DNA of 64,000 bases from assembly GCA_016180645.1 (NCBI GenBank), contig JACPAV010000011.1:62001-126000 (forward strand). The letters run 5' to 3'. The notes below the pieces were generated by a model. It did not search any database and was not told where the DNA came from. It saw only the letters and a program-made list of their open reading frames with translations. Every line of letters begins with the position of its first letter. Within the stretch, counting starts at the first letter, position 1. Source of the stretch: Nitrospirota bacterium. Its GTDB lineage: Bacteria; JACPQY01. Position numbers and translations under genes: made by a program. Positions 38,111 to 48,237 of this stretch are shown one piece after another.

Positions 38111-39270
38111 GATGTACCCCGTGCGGACAAAAGGCCATCGTTCACCTCCCAGCCTATCGTCTGCGATTGTGCAAAACGTGCTATCCCGCATGGTTCGAAA
38201 AACATACACAGCGGACGATCGAACGGCTGAAAATGTTCACGCGGCAGGATCGGGTCCTCGTTGCCGTCTCCGGCGGCAAGGACAGCCTCGGCCTCTGGCA
38301 CGCTCTTCTAAAACTCGGATACGAAACAGACGGGTTCTACATTCACCTGAGGATCCAATCCGATCACCGCGACGAGGGAGCACCCCCCCCCCCACCCTAC
38401 TCGGAGGACTCCCTGACGTTCGCCCAAGCCTATGCAGACCGGATCGGGAGGAAGCTCCACGTCGTCGACCTCCAGGAAACGCTCGGCTTCGGCATCCCGG
38501 AAATTCGCCGGGCCGCGCGTCGCCCGCCCTGTTCACCCTGCGGAACCATCAAACGCCACTACATGAACAGCGTCGCCATCGAGGGCGGATTCGCCGTCAT
38601 GGCCACGGGACACAACCTCGACGATGAGGTGGCAACGCTTTTCTCGAATACCCTGCGATGGGATATGGACTATCTATCACGCCAACACCCTGTCCTTCCG
38701 GCCGCGGAGGGCTTCGCGCGCAAAGTGAAACCCTTCTGCTTCTTCTCCGAGAAGGAAACGGCGCTATACGCCCGCGTGGAGGGGATCCCTTACGTGTACG
38801 ACGAGTGCCCTTTTGCGGCCGGCGCCACTTCGCTGCACATGAAAGACGTGATCAACCGGCTCGAACACGATTCTCCCGGGATGAAGCGGACCTTCCTGGC
38901 GAATTTCCTCAAAGCCAAGGATCGTCTCCCGACCGCCCCCAAACCGGAGATGCGCCCTTGCAAGGAATGCGGCGCAATGACCCCATCGCGATTCCACTCG
39001 CCGTCCCCGGAGCGGAGCGGAGGGGGCGGGGCAGATCCCCATGTAGAATCCGTTCGCCGTCCCGGTGCCGGTCCGAATGAATCTCCATCCACCGTCCCCG
39101 AAGGGGGCCGGAGCGAAGCGGAGCGGGGCGGGGCGCCCACTCCCGCGGAAGTATGCGCCTTCTGCCGCCTCCGGGACCTTACTCGGAACAAGGAAGCGGC
39201 AAGAGTGGAGGCGCTCCACAATCCGATCCCGCGCCCCATGACGACCGCCGAGGACGGCTCGGTTCCCTGA
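38107..39270 (+). CDS. ttuA: tRNA 2-thiolation protein TtuA/Ncs6 (PP-loop ATPase, Fe-S), with an insertion in the C-terminal Zn finger
   Basis: N-terminal CTPC...CKTC, SGGKDS, CSPC, GHNLDDE, ECPF, C-terminal CKEC...CAFC. Confidence 0.9.
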   Translation: MRCTPCGQKAIVHLPAYRLRLCKTCYPAWFEKHTQRTIERLKMFTRQDRVLVAVSGGKDSLGLWHALLKLGYETDGFYIHLRIQSDHRDEGAPPPPPYSEDSLTFAQAYADRIGRKLHVVDLQETLGFGIPEIRRAARRPPCSPCGTIKRHYMNSVAIEGGFAVMATGHNLDDEVATLFSNTLRWDMDYLSRQHPVLPAAEGFARKVKPFCFFSEKETALYARVEGIPYVYDECPFAAGATSLHMKDVINRLEHDSPGMKRTFLANFLKAKDRLPTAPKPEMRPCKECGAMTPSRFHSPSPERSGGGGADPHVESVRRPGAGPNESPSTVPEGGRSEAERGGAPTPAEVCAFCRLRDLTRNKEAARVEALHNPIPRPMTTAEDGSVP

Positions 39271-39285
39271 TCCATTCTCACCCTC

Positions 39286-40781
39286 ATGAAACCTGACCTG
39301 AAGGAATTCATGCATCTGGCGGAAACGTACTCCGTCATCCCCGTCCGGGAGGTCATCCTGGCGGACGACGAGACTCCATTGACCGCCTATCGGAAGATCG
39401 TCGGCAACCGTCCCGGTTATCTCCTAGAAAGCGTGGAGGGACCGGAACAGTGGGGGCGATACAGCTTCATCGGCCTGGACCCCGAAACCGTGTTTCGAAG
39501 CCGGGGAAACCGGTTCGAGATCCACCGCAACGGATCCACTCGAAAAGGGACCGGCCACCCCCTTGAAGCGCTCCGCGGGATCATGAACGATTATCGTCAG
39601 GCTCCTGCTCCGGAATTGCCGCGATTCAGCGGCGGCGCCGTCGGCTTTTTCTCCTACGACGTCGTGAGGTTCATCGAACGGCTGCCTGCGCGCGCCAAGG
39701 ATGACCTCCACCTTCCTGATGCCTGCTTCTTTGTCGGAGGACCGATGGTCATCTTCGACCGCAACCACCATACCCTGACCCTGCTGGTCAACGCACGGAA
39801 GGGGAAGGGATCGAATCCCCGGCGAGTGTATGAACAGGCCGTCCGCACGCTCAGGGCGATGAAGCGAAGGCTCCAGATGGCTCATCGCCCACCTGCGCTG
39901 CCTAAAATCCCCCTGCGTCCGCCCACCCCCAACATGGAACGGTCCCGGTTCGAAAACATCGTGGAGTCCGCGCGCAACTACCTGATTCGCGGGGACGCCA
40001 TTCAAGTGGCCGTTTCCCGAAGACTGGAGTACCACTCGCGGCTCGACCCGTTCACGCTGTACCGCGCCTTGCGGTTTACCAATCCATCCCCGTACATGTT
40101 CTATCTCAATTTCGGCGATCTCCGACTGATCGGCTCGTCCCCGGAAATCCTCGTTCGACTCGAAGACCGGAAACTGATCACACGTCCCATCGCCGGAACA
40201 CGCCCCCGAGGTAGGACCCCGGAAGAGGATAAGAACCTGGAGCAAGAGCTGCGCAAAGACCCGAAGGAAATGGCCGAACATATCATGCTCGTGGACCTCG
40301 GCCGCAACGATATCGGGCGGGTCGCCGTCGAGGGAAGCGTAAAGGTCACGGATCTCATGTTCGTCGAACGCTACTCCACGGTGATGCACCTCGTCTCCAA
40401 CGTCGTGGGGCGGCTTCAATCCGGCCTGGATGCCTTCGACGTGTTCTCGTCCTGTTTCCCCGCGGGGACGCTGACCGGCGCGCCGAAGGTGCGGGCGATG
40501 GAAATTATCGAAGAACTGGAGCCCACGCGTCGGGGCTTCTACGCCGGCAGTGTCGGGTATTTCGGATTCGGCGGGAATATGGACATGTGCATCACGATTC
40601 GCAGCATCCTCCACCGGAGAGGCCGGTTTTATGTGCAGGCCGGGGCGGGCATCGTCGTGGACTCCGTTCCCGATCGTGAGTACGTGGAAACCGAGAACAA
40701 GGCGCTTGGCCTGAAACGTGGCCTGAAACGTGCTTTTGACCTGGCCGCCCGGGGCTTGGTCCCTGAAGGAGAGGAGATCCG

Positions 40782-40785
<4 letters not shown>
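39286..40785 (+). CDS. trpE: Anthranilate synthase component I
   Basis: [55 protein letters not shown]. Confidence 0.93.
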
Positions 40786-41353
<568 letters not shown>

Positions 41354-41357
<4 letters not shown>

Positions 41358-42538
41358 CCAAGCGCACCGCTCTCTCCGCCCGCGAGATCGACACCCTGCT
41401 CGATGCCCGGCTCCAGGCACGAAGCCGGCAGTTCCGTTCAAAACTCGATGAGACCCTCAACCGTATCCAGAAGAAGATCGATCGGCCACCTTCCTGGGCC
41501 AAAGGAGGGATGCAGTCCTTGGAGGAGTTGGAGAGCGATCTTGCGGTGCTCCGGAAATTTGTTTCGTCGGACGGTCAGGGTCACATCCCAGCGCCGGGCC
41601 CGCAGCGGCCAGCCTCCCTTCCCAGGGATGAGCGCCCGGCAACTCGTACCGGCGAACCGGCAGAACCCACCAAGACTCGTCCCGATCTATCCCTGATCGA
41701 CCGTGCCCTTCAATCGTTCTACCGCCTGCGCATGATTCTCCGGTCGGAGCAGGTGGACGAGTACGGACTCGACCCCGTGTTCTTCGATTTCGTCAAACCC
41801 ATCGTCGAATTCTTCTACCGGAAATATTTCCGCGTGGACGTCAAAGGGCTTGAGCATGTTCCTTCCGAGGGTCGGGGGCTTCTCGTCGGAAACCATTCGG
41901 GGGTCCTGCCCTACGACGGGATGATGGTGTGCGCCGCCGTCATGTTCGACCATCCCAGCGGGCGCATTCCGAGATTCCTGGCGGAGGACATGTTCAGCAA
42001 CTACCCGATCCTCTCGCCCATGATGACGAAAGGCGGCACCGTCCGCGCGTGCCAGGAAAACGCCGAACGCCTGCTCCGCAACGATCAGCTCGTGGCCGTC
42101 TTCCCCGAGGGAGTCAAAGGCATCGGCAAGCTTTATCGCGAGCGGTATCACCTTCAGCGGTTCGGCCGGGGCGGATTCATTCGCCTGGCGCTCCGCACAC
42201 GGGCGCCTTTGATCCCCGTGGCGGTCGTCGGCGCCGAGGAAAGCATGCCCATGATCGCCAAATCCGACCTCCTCGCGCGGATCATCGGCATCCCCTACTT
42301 CCCCATCACGCCGAACATGCTGTTTCTGACCCCGTTGCTGGGGCCGACCGGAGGGCTCGTCCCCTTCCCCACCAAGTGGACCATTGAGTTCGGTGAACCG
42401 ATCCTTCTTCCATCCAACGTCCTCGGGGCGCCGGACGAAGACTTGAAGGTCAATCTCTACAAAGAAGATATTCGGGACCGACTTCAGGAGATGATCAACG
42501 GACTTGTGAAGAAAAGAAAATCGGTCTGGTGGGGCTAG
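41354..42538 (+). CDS. Lysophospholipid acyltransferase (PlsC family) with N-terminal extension
   Basis: NHSG...D (HX4D-like), FPEG, FGRGGF. Confidence 0.88.
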
Positions 42539-42543
42539 AAATC

Positions 42544-44019
42544 CTACTCGTCGAAGGTCCTATGAGGCAGTTCGGTGCGCCACCACGGCTTCCCGCCCTG
42601 CATGCGTTCAACGATCAGGTCGGCGCGAGAGACATTGTAGCGCATCAGGATGGCGGGTCCCGTGTATTGAAACAAAGCCACCGTCGCCAGAGTTGCCGCA
42701 TTGGATTGACTCTGAAGCGGTCGCCCGAGGAGGAAAAAGGCTCCCCCACCGAGCGGCAAAACGATGGCAAGAACTTTCGAGACGGTCGCCAGACGAAGAG
42801 AATATCCATTCCCGTTCGGCCTTGTCCATGTATATTCGTAGCAGGCAACGATCAGTCCGGAGAGAAAGACTTGGAGGTACCCGAACGACCCCATGTGCCC
42901 CACAACGAAGAACAGTAATGCAGGAGTGAACCACAAGATGTAGAAGACCGGCTTCGTCCAATCTCCTCCCCGGCGGAGCGGTTCGTCGGGTCGGGCCGGC
43001 GTTGCGCTCGACCTGCGGCTGACAGGAATGCGCGTGAACAGCATGAAAAGGAAGGGGAGGAGCACCGGAGCGGAGACCCCCGCGTAGAAACCAACCTTGA
43101 GAATTTGATAGGCCGCGATTCGAAGGGCGTGCCTCAGCGACGGATCCGCCCACCTCTCACGACGCGGGAAAAGGTGCGTACCCAGCCGATCATCCACATA
43201 CACCGCCACCTCAATGAAGGGCCAGTGATAACCCATCCCCTTCACATTCGCGTATGGGCCGGGGACGATCTTGAGAAGAGTGGCCGGATCATAGTTGCCG
43301 GCCAGTCCCGCCTGAAATTCAAATGACTGCCCCCCTCCATGTTTCATGAGGAAGTGGTGGTTGCCGTAGACCCATGGGGCGATCAGGGCCGCGGCCAAAA
43401 TACCGTTCACCCCCAGAACCCTCCATCGAGGTCGGACGTGCAGGCAGCAGTACAGCCACAAAGGGGCGAGAAAGACCGTCGTCGTGGGACGAATAGCGCC
43501 GCCGAGACCCCATGCCGCGGTCAGGGCGACGGCGTCACGCCAGGTCCGTTTCCGGAGCGTACGGAACGCGAGGAAGCCAACCGCGGTGGCAAAAAATCCC
43601 TCCACGGCGTAGCTGAGACCGACGGTGCTATAGTAGAGAGTGTTGATACTGAGCGAGTAGGCAGCCGTCGAGAGGAAGGCCCGTTTCCAATCCATCCCGA
43701 CGCTCCGGGCGAGCCGCCAACAGAGGGCGATGGATCCCATCGTGGAAAGGAAGGAAACCAGCACCATGGAAAATATCCGCTTTCCGGTCAGGCAATGGGC
43801 GATGGATGTCAACGTACAATAGCCGATGAACCCCGGCGGGTGCGCAACTCCCGGTCCCGGGCAGCCCGTGCACCCCGCATATCCCAAAGAATCCAAATGG
43901 AACAGCCGATCGGCCCAGAAAGGCAGTCGGAGAACCGCCGATGAGATCAGCAGAACCGCCAAGCCCCCCAGCGGGTACCAGGAAGGCGAGGGACGCTCCT
44001 CGCCGCGATCCAACGTCAA
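42544..44019 (-). CDS. Polytopic membrane protein, GT-C fold glycosyltransferase-like
   Basis: Multiple TM segments, DS..Y and HPPGF motifs. Confidence 0.65.
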   Translation of the reverse strand: MTLDRGEERPSPSWYPLGGLAVLLISSAVLRLPFWADRLFHLDSLGYAGCTGCPGPGVAHPPGFIGYCTLTSIAHCLTGKRIFSMVLVSFLSTMGSIALCWRLARSVGMDWKRAFLSTAAYSLSINTLYYSTVGLSYAVEGFFATAVGFLAFRTLRKRTWRDAVALTAAWGLGGAIRPTTTVFLAPLWLYCCLHVRPRWRVLGVNGILAAALIAPWVYGNHHFLMKHGGGQSFEFQAGLAGNYDPATLLKIVPGPYANVKGMGYHWPFIEVAVYVDDRLGTHLFPRRERWADPSLRHALRIAAYQILKVGFYAGVSAPVLLPFLFMLFTRIPVSRRSSATPARPDEPLRRGGDWTKPVFYILWFTPALLFFVVGHMGSFGYLQVFLSGLIVACYEYTWTRPNGNGYSLRLATVSKVLAIVLPLGGGAFFLLGRPLQSQSNAATLATVALFQYTGPAILMRYNVSRADLIVERMQGGKPWWRTELPHRTFDE

Positions 44020-44648
44020 TACTTCCGGCGTCTATGGTCCAACCGACGGATGAGCTCGTCGACCCGTCGGCGCAGGGCTTCGACGTCTCTCTTCGTGGGG
44101 ATATTGAGGCGGGCGAGGGCGTTCTTCATGCTGACGTCGATGCGCTTTTGAATTTCATCCACGCTCCGGCGGGACACCTTGAGGACTCCCTGGATGAATC
44201 GCCTGCCGTCCTCGGAGGTGATCTGACCCCGCTTGATCAGCTTCTCGATGTGTTTCTCCAACTCCTCCCGACCGGGAAACAGGAGCTGGCCGCTGGGCGT
44301 CAGATATTCCTCCAGCAACTCCCTGAACCGCGCCGTGCTCTCCTGGAACCGCTCGCCCACTTTGGTGTGCGCGAAGGACTGGATCAGGCCCCTGAGAGGT
44401 TGGATGGGCAGCAAGCTCTTCTTCTTTTTCTGCTCCTCATAGATCACTTGAGTGAGGATGACGGACGTCAGGTCTTCGTCGGTATCGTTGTCGATGATCC
44501 GGATCTCCTGCCCTTCGCGAATGAGGTCCGCAATTTCGTCCAGCTTGATGTACTTGCTTCTCGACGTGTCGTAGAGCTTGCGATTGGGATATCGCTTGAT
44601 GATCCTTGCCTCTTCCTCCTGCGTTTCTTTCGGTGCCGTCGTCTTCAT
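44016..44648 (-). CDS. phaR: PHA-synthesis regulator PhaR DNA-binding domain fused to a phasin-like C-terminus
   Basis: IIKRYPNRKLYDTSRSKYI...DLT..IL.Q; C-terminal LNIPTKRDVEALRRRVDEL. Confidence 0.8.
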   Translation of the reverse strand: MKTTAPKETQEEEARIIKRYPNRKLYDTSRSKYIKLDEIADLIREGQEIRIIDNDTDEDLTSVILTQVIYEEQKKKKSLLPIQPLRGLIQSFAHTKVGERFQESTARFRELLEEYLTPSGQLLFPGREELEKHIEKLIKRGQITSEDGRRFIQGVLKVSRRSVDEIQKRIDVSMKNALARLNIPTKRDVEALRRRVDELIRRLDHRRRKY

Positions 44649-44760
44649 ATCCCGTAGGGCGCATAACACGCATGCCGCAGTGTGTCAAATGTCGTACGGA
44701 AAAAATCGGCCTCGAAAAGAGATGTTGACAAACAGGCAGAACTTCCTAAGATACCTCGCT

Positions 44761-45777
44761 ATGCTCCGAATTCCGAAATATTCCACCTGCTTTGCACTGA
44801 TGCTGCTCGCTTCTTCGGCCTCGGCCCAACCCCAAGGCTCATACGTGTTGAAAGTCGGCACCCTCGCCCCGAAGGGCTCGACGTGGGAACGCGTTGTGGC
44901 AGATTCGTTCAATGAAATCAACCAGTTGACCAGCGGGAAGATGAAGTTTCAGATGTACGCAGGCGGCGTGCTCGGTGACGAAAAGGACATGGTTCGAAAA
45001 ATGAGAATCGGACAGTTGGACGGCGGGGGATTCACCGTTCTGGGCGCGGAGGAAATCGCCCCGGAAGTTTCGATCCTCGAACTTCCCTTCCTGTTCAATT
45101 CACTCCAAGAGGTCGATCAGGTGAGGGCGTTCATGAAGGAAGAACTCGGCAAGCTGTTTCTGGAGCGCGGGTTCATCCTGCTCAGTCTGATCGATCAAGC
45201 CGGGTTCATCCAAGCCTACTCGAAGGAGAAAGTGACGAACCTTGCGGACATTCGCCGGCAGAAGCCGTGGGTATGGGCCGGCGCCAAGGTCCACTACGAA
45301 ACCTGGAAAGCGATGGACATCAATCCCACGCCTCTGCCGGTGCCGGAGGTTCTCTCAGGCCTTCAAACCGGGCTGGTGAATTTCATCACGACCACGCCTC
45401 TCGCGTGTGTCGCCCTTCAGTGGTACACGCAGGTCAAGTATGTGTTCAAAGTCGATCTGCGTTATGAACCTGGGGTGGTGGTCATTGCGAAGAAACCCTT
45501 CGATGCCCTCCCGAAGGAGTACCGGGACATCATCCTTCAGGTCAACGCGAAGTATCAACCTTCCATCATTCAGGTGGCTCGCGAGGACGACGAAAAAGCC
45601 CTCTTCGGCATGCGGAAGAAAGGGATTGGAATCGTGATCCCCACCAAGGAAGCACGGGACGAAATGATCAAGCTGACGAAGAATTCAGTCCCGGAAGCGC
45701 TGATTCGCGACAAGTTCTTCACCCGCGAGCTGTACGAGAAGGTTCTGACCCGGCTGTCGCGGCCCATGGGGGGCTGA
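44761..45777 (+). CDS. dctP: TRAP transporter substrate-binding protein DctP (TatP-like)
   Basis: Signal peptide ASA-Q, KVGTLAPKGSTW, GGVLGDE..MVRKMRIGQLDG, GLQTGLV. Confidence 0.88.
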   Translation: MLRIPKYSTCFALMLLASSASAQPQGSYVLKVGTLAPKGSTWERVVADSFNEINQLTSGKMKFQMYAGGVLGDEKDMVRKMRIGQLDGGGFTVLGAEEIAPEVSILELPFLFNSLQEVDQVRAFMKEELGKLFLERGFILLSLIDQAGFIQAYSKEKVTNLADIRRQKPWVWAGAKVHYETWKAMDINPTPLPVPEVLSGLQTGLVNFITTTPLACVALQWYTQVKYVFKVDLRYEPGVVVIAKKPFDALPKEYRDIILQVNAKYQPSIIQVAREDDEKALFGMRKKGIGIVIPTKEARDEMIKLTKNSVPEALIRDKFFTRELYEKVLTRLSRPMGG

Positions 45778-45807
45778 GCTACGCCCGATTCGCTCCGGCG
45801 CTGGTAC

Positions 45808-45975
45808 TTGACGCCGATCGGGCGCGTGGTCCGGGCCGCTTTGGGCCTCCCCTTCCTCGGGTTCGCGATCTATCTGGTCCGGCTCGACGGAATCGCCTTC
45901 ACTCTGCTCGCGATTCTTCCCTTGTTGGTGGGGCTTTCTCTTCCCGCGGCCGCTCTCGTTCAGGAACCCGACTGA
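45808..45975 (+). CDS. Small two-TM membrane protein (below the ORF-track cut-off), in frame with dctP
   Basis: LTPIGRVVRAALGLPFLGFAIYLVRLDGIAFTLLAILPLLVGLSLPAAALVQEPD; only TTG/GTG starts. Confidence 0.5.
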   Translation: MTPIGRVVRAALGLPFLGFAIYLVRLDGIAFTLLAILPLLVGLSLPAAALVQEPD

Positions 45976-46262
45976 GACGTCGTCGTCATCCCCAACCGGG
46001 TGTTGGGAAAGAAATGGTCGTTCCCCTGAATTCTCTCCTGGTCATCGGTCGATGACGGATTGAAGCGCCGCCGCGCCCGGAAGCAGCTTCCCTCGCCCAA
46101 GTAGTCGCGCGCGCGTCCGCCGCGGCCGGGGTCGGCCGGGGTCGTTCTTTTCAGTCAACATCGCTGGTCAGCCGGGGTCAGGTAGCATGAACGGCGGCGA
46201 CCTCCTTCGGGTATGATTCGTGCCGTCTGCCTGAAACTGCGCGGGTTCGTCGAGCCGCGCTA

Positions 46263-46386
46263 GGTTCTGTTTGAAAACGTATCGCGGACCCTAAAGGGCC
46301 CGCTACGGATGTTCGCGATTTCCTCTGTAGCGGAGCCTTCAGGCTCCGCAGGCGAAGCCATGCACGGGCAGTTTTCAAACAGAGCC
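46263..46386. mobile_element. MITE-like element: 16-bp terminal inverted repeats enclosing a REP doublet
   Basis: GGTTCTGTTTGAAAAC ... GTTTTCAAACAGAGCC (15/16 complementary); inside CGCGGACCC-TAAA-GGGCCCG-CTAC and GTAG-CGGAGCC-TTCA-GGCTCCG. Confidence 0.65.
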
Positions 46387-46445
46387 CAATCGCGCAATCG
46401 TCTGGGCCGACCTCCATTGCCTCCCCCTCAAGCGGCGGTCACGGG

Positions 46446-48230
46446 TCACAAATCCGCGATGGCGTCGAAGTAGGCGAGGATGGCGTTGAGGGGACCGAGG
46501 CTGGCCGGGCAGAAGCCCTCGGCGTCAACTTCGCAGATGGAAACGATTTCGCCGAAGACGGAGCCGAATGAACCCGGGGCGATGAATAACATCCCGCCGA
46601 ACGTCGGATCGCGGAAGGCGTAGTACGGCACGAGTTCGGATGGATCGCCCGAGGAGGGTGAGATCCCGTCAGCGGGGAGTTCGTATCGTACGCCGTCCAC
46701 TTCCAAGCCCTGGAAATGCGGCGCATCCCCCACTTTCAAAGATTCGAAGAATTCCGGCGTCACCCGGATGGTCGCCAGGATCTCGTTGCTTTCCGCAATC
46801 TCCCCTTCCACCGCCAGGACGATCGACCCCTTCGACTCGTACCGGACGGGGAGCAGGTCCCGTGCGGACACGGGCTTGCGAAAAAGAGCGCCCAGATCGA
46901 CCGCCATGAAGTCCGTGAGTGGGTTGAGTCCCATGAAGGCCAGGGGAATGTTGAGGTCTGCCATCGTGACGCGCGTCAGAGGTTCCCCCTGGATCGATGC
47001 GCGCACTTTTTCCAAGAACATCGGCAGTGCGTTCATGTTTCCCAGGAGTTCGGCGGACAATCGTATATTCCCCACACCGGGGAGTTTGAGGAGGTCGCCT
47101 TCGTCAACGCGGCCGCTGGCATTGACGTCGATCACCGCGATCGGACGCGGCGGATCCGAAACCGTCGTGAGTCCCGCGTTCAGGCCATCCACGAAGACCC
47201 GTCCATCCGCTCCGAGAAGCGCGTCCATCGCCTGAATCCAAATCCGTCGCGCCGAAGCGAATCGCACGGGGGTTTCCAGCGTCAGGAGTTGCGGATTCCG
47301 CTCCAGCACGGCGCCCAGCCCGCGGACTTTCGCGATGTCGCCCGGTTCCTGGAAGCTCACGGCCGAAAGGGCATCCAGAAAAGCCGGATCCAGCGGCACG
47401 TCCAGATTGTGAGCCATGACCATTTGGACGACACCGTCGAGAAGACCCACGATGGCCGAAAGAAATCGCACCTCCAGCGCCTGGTAGTCGCCGGAGAGAT
47501 CGAACACCAAATCGCCCGCATCCCCTAACTGGAGCTGGAGTTTCGGCACATGAAATTGGAGCGAGTCGATCTCTTTCAATCCGAACAGGCGCCTTCTTGC
47601 GTCCATCAGGCCCGCGACCAGGTTCTCGGCGATGGATCGGATTCCCGCGCTCCCCTGCCTCCTTGGGGCTGACAGGATCGGCTCAGCCAGAGCAAAGGCA
47701 GTGGAGATCCTCGCGATGGCGATCCCGGCTCTCGCCTTCTCCCTCTCCGTTTCCACGAAGTCCAGTGCATCCGATGATAGAGCCGTTTGGAAGGCCCGCA
47801 CGGCCGAGGTAGGATCGCCCTCGATCAGGGTGAATCCTTCCTCGACATTTCTCCGCGCGGCATCGGCCGCGAGGGATTGGCGAATCCAAACCATGCCCTG
47901 TTCATCCGCGGCGTCCCAATGCACGGTGCAGAATACGGGATACTCGCCGGGAGGCGGAGAAGGAATCGACACGGACTGCCCGGCTTCCATTACTCCTGTA
48001 TCGAAACTGCGATCGGCAGCCGTAACCGAATGCGCCGCGCCCGCTTCGTTTTTCAGAACCAGAGGTGCGGCGGTTTCCGTTGAGAGGAATGAGAAAGACT
48101 GAGCCGCGGGTGGTTCAGGGGTGATGGTGGGTTCCGAGTTGCTGCAAGAAACGAAAAGGGCCGCAAAGCTTCCCAGAATCAGGGATGGGACGGAAAACAG
48201 CGCTCGGCCGGAAATTTTCGAGAAACGGAT
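46446..48230 (-). CDS. Lipoprotein with N-terminal cupredoxin-like domain; apparent start is non-canonical (ATC)
   Basis: Frame is open 80 codons upstream of ATG 47990, giving (M)RFSKISGRALFSVPSLILGSFAALFVSC lipobox and HSVTA...FDTG...CTVH...GM copper motif. Confidence 0.65.
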   Translation of the reverse strand: MRFSKISGRALFSVPSLILGSFAALFVSCSNSEPTITPEPPAAQSFSFLSTETAAPLVLKNEAGAAHSVTAADRSFDTGVMEAGQSVSIPSPPPGEYPVFCTVHWDAADEQGMVWIRQSLAADAARRNVEEGFTLIEGDPTSAVRAFQTALSSDALDFVETEREKARAGIAIARISTAFALAEPILSAPRRQGSAGIRSIAENLVAGLMDARRRLFGLKEIDSLQFHVPKLQLQLGDAGDLVFDLSGDYQALEVRFLSAIVGLLDGVVQMVMAHNLDVPLDPAFLDALSAVSFQEPGDIAKVRGLGAVLERNPQLLTLETPVRFASARRIWIQAMDALLGADGRVFVDGLNAGLTTVSDPPRPIAVIDVNASGRVDEGDLLKLPGVGNIRLSAELLGNMNALPMFLEKVRASIQGEPLTRVTMADLNIPLAFMGLNPLTDFMAVDLGALFRKPVSARDLLPVRYESKGSIVLAVEGEIAESNEILATIRVTPEFFESLKVGDAPHFQGLEVDGVRYELPADGISPSSGDPSELVPYYAFRDPTFGGMLFIAPGSFGSVFGEIVSICEVDAEGFCPASLGPLNAILAYFDAIADL

Positions 48231-48237
48231 GGAGATG

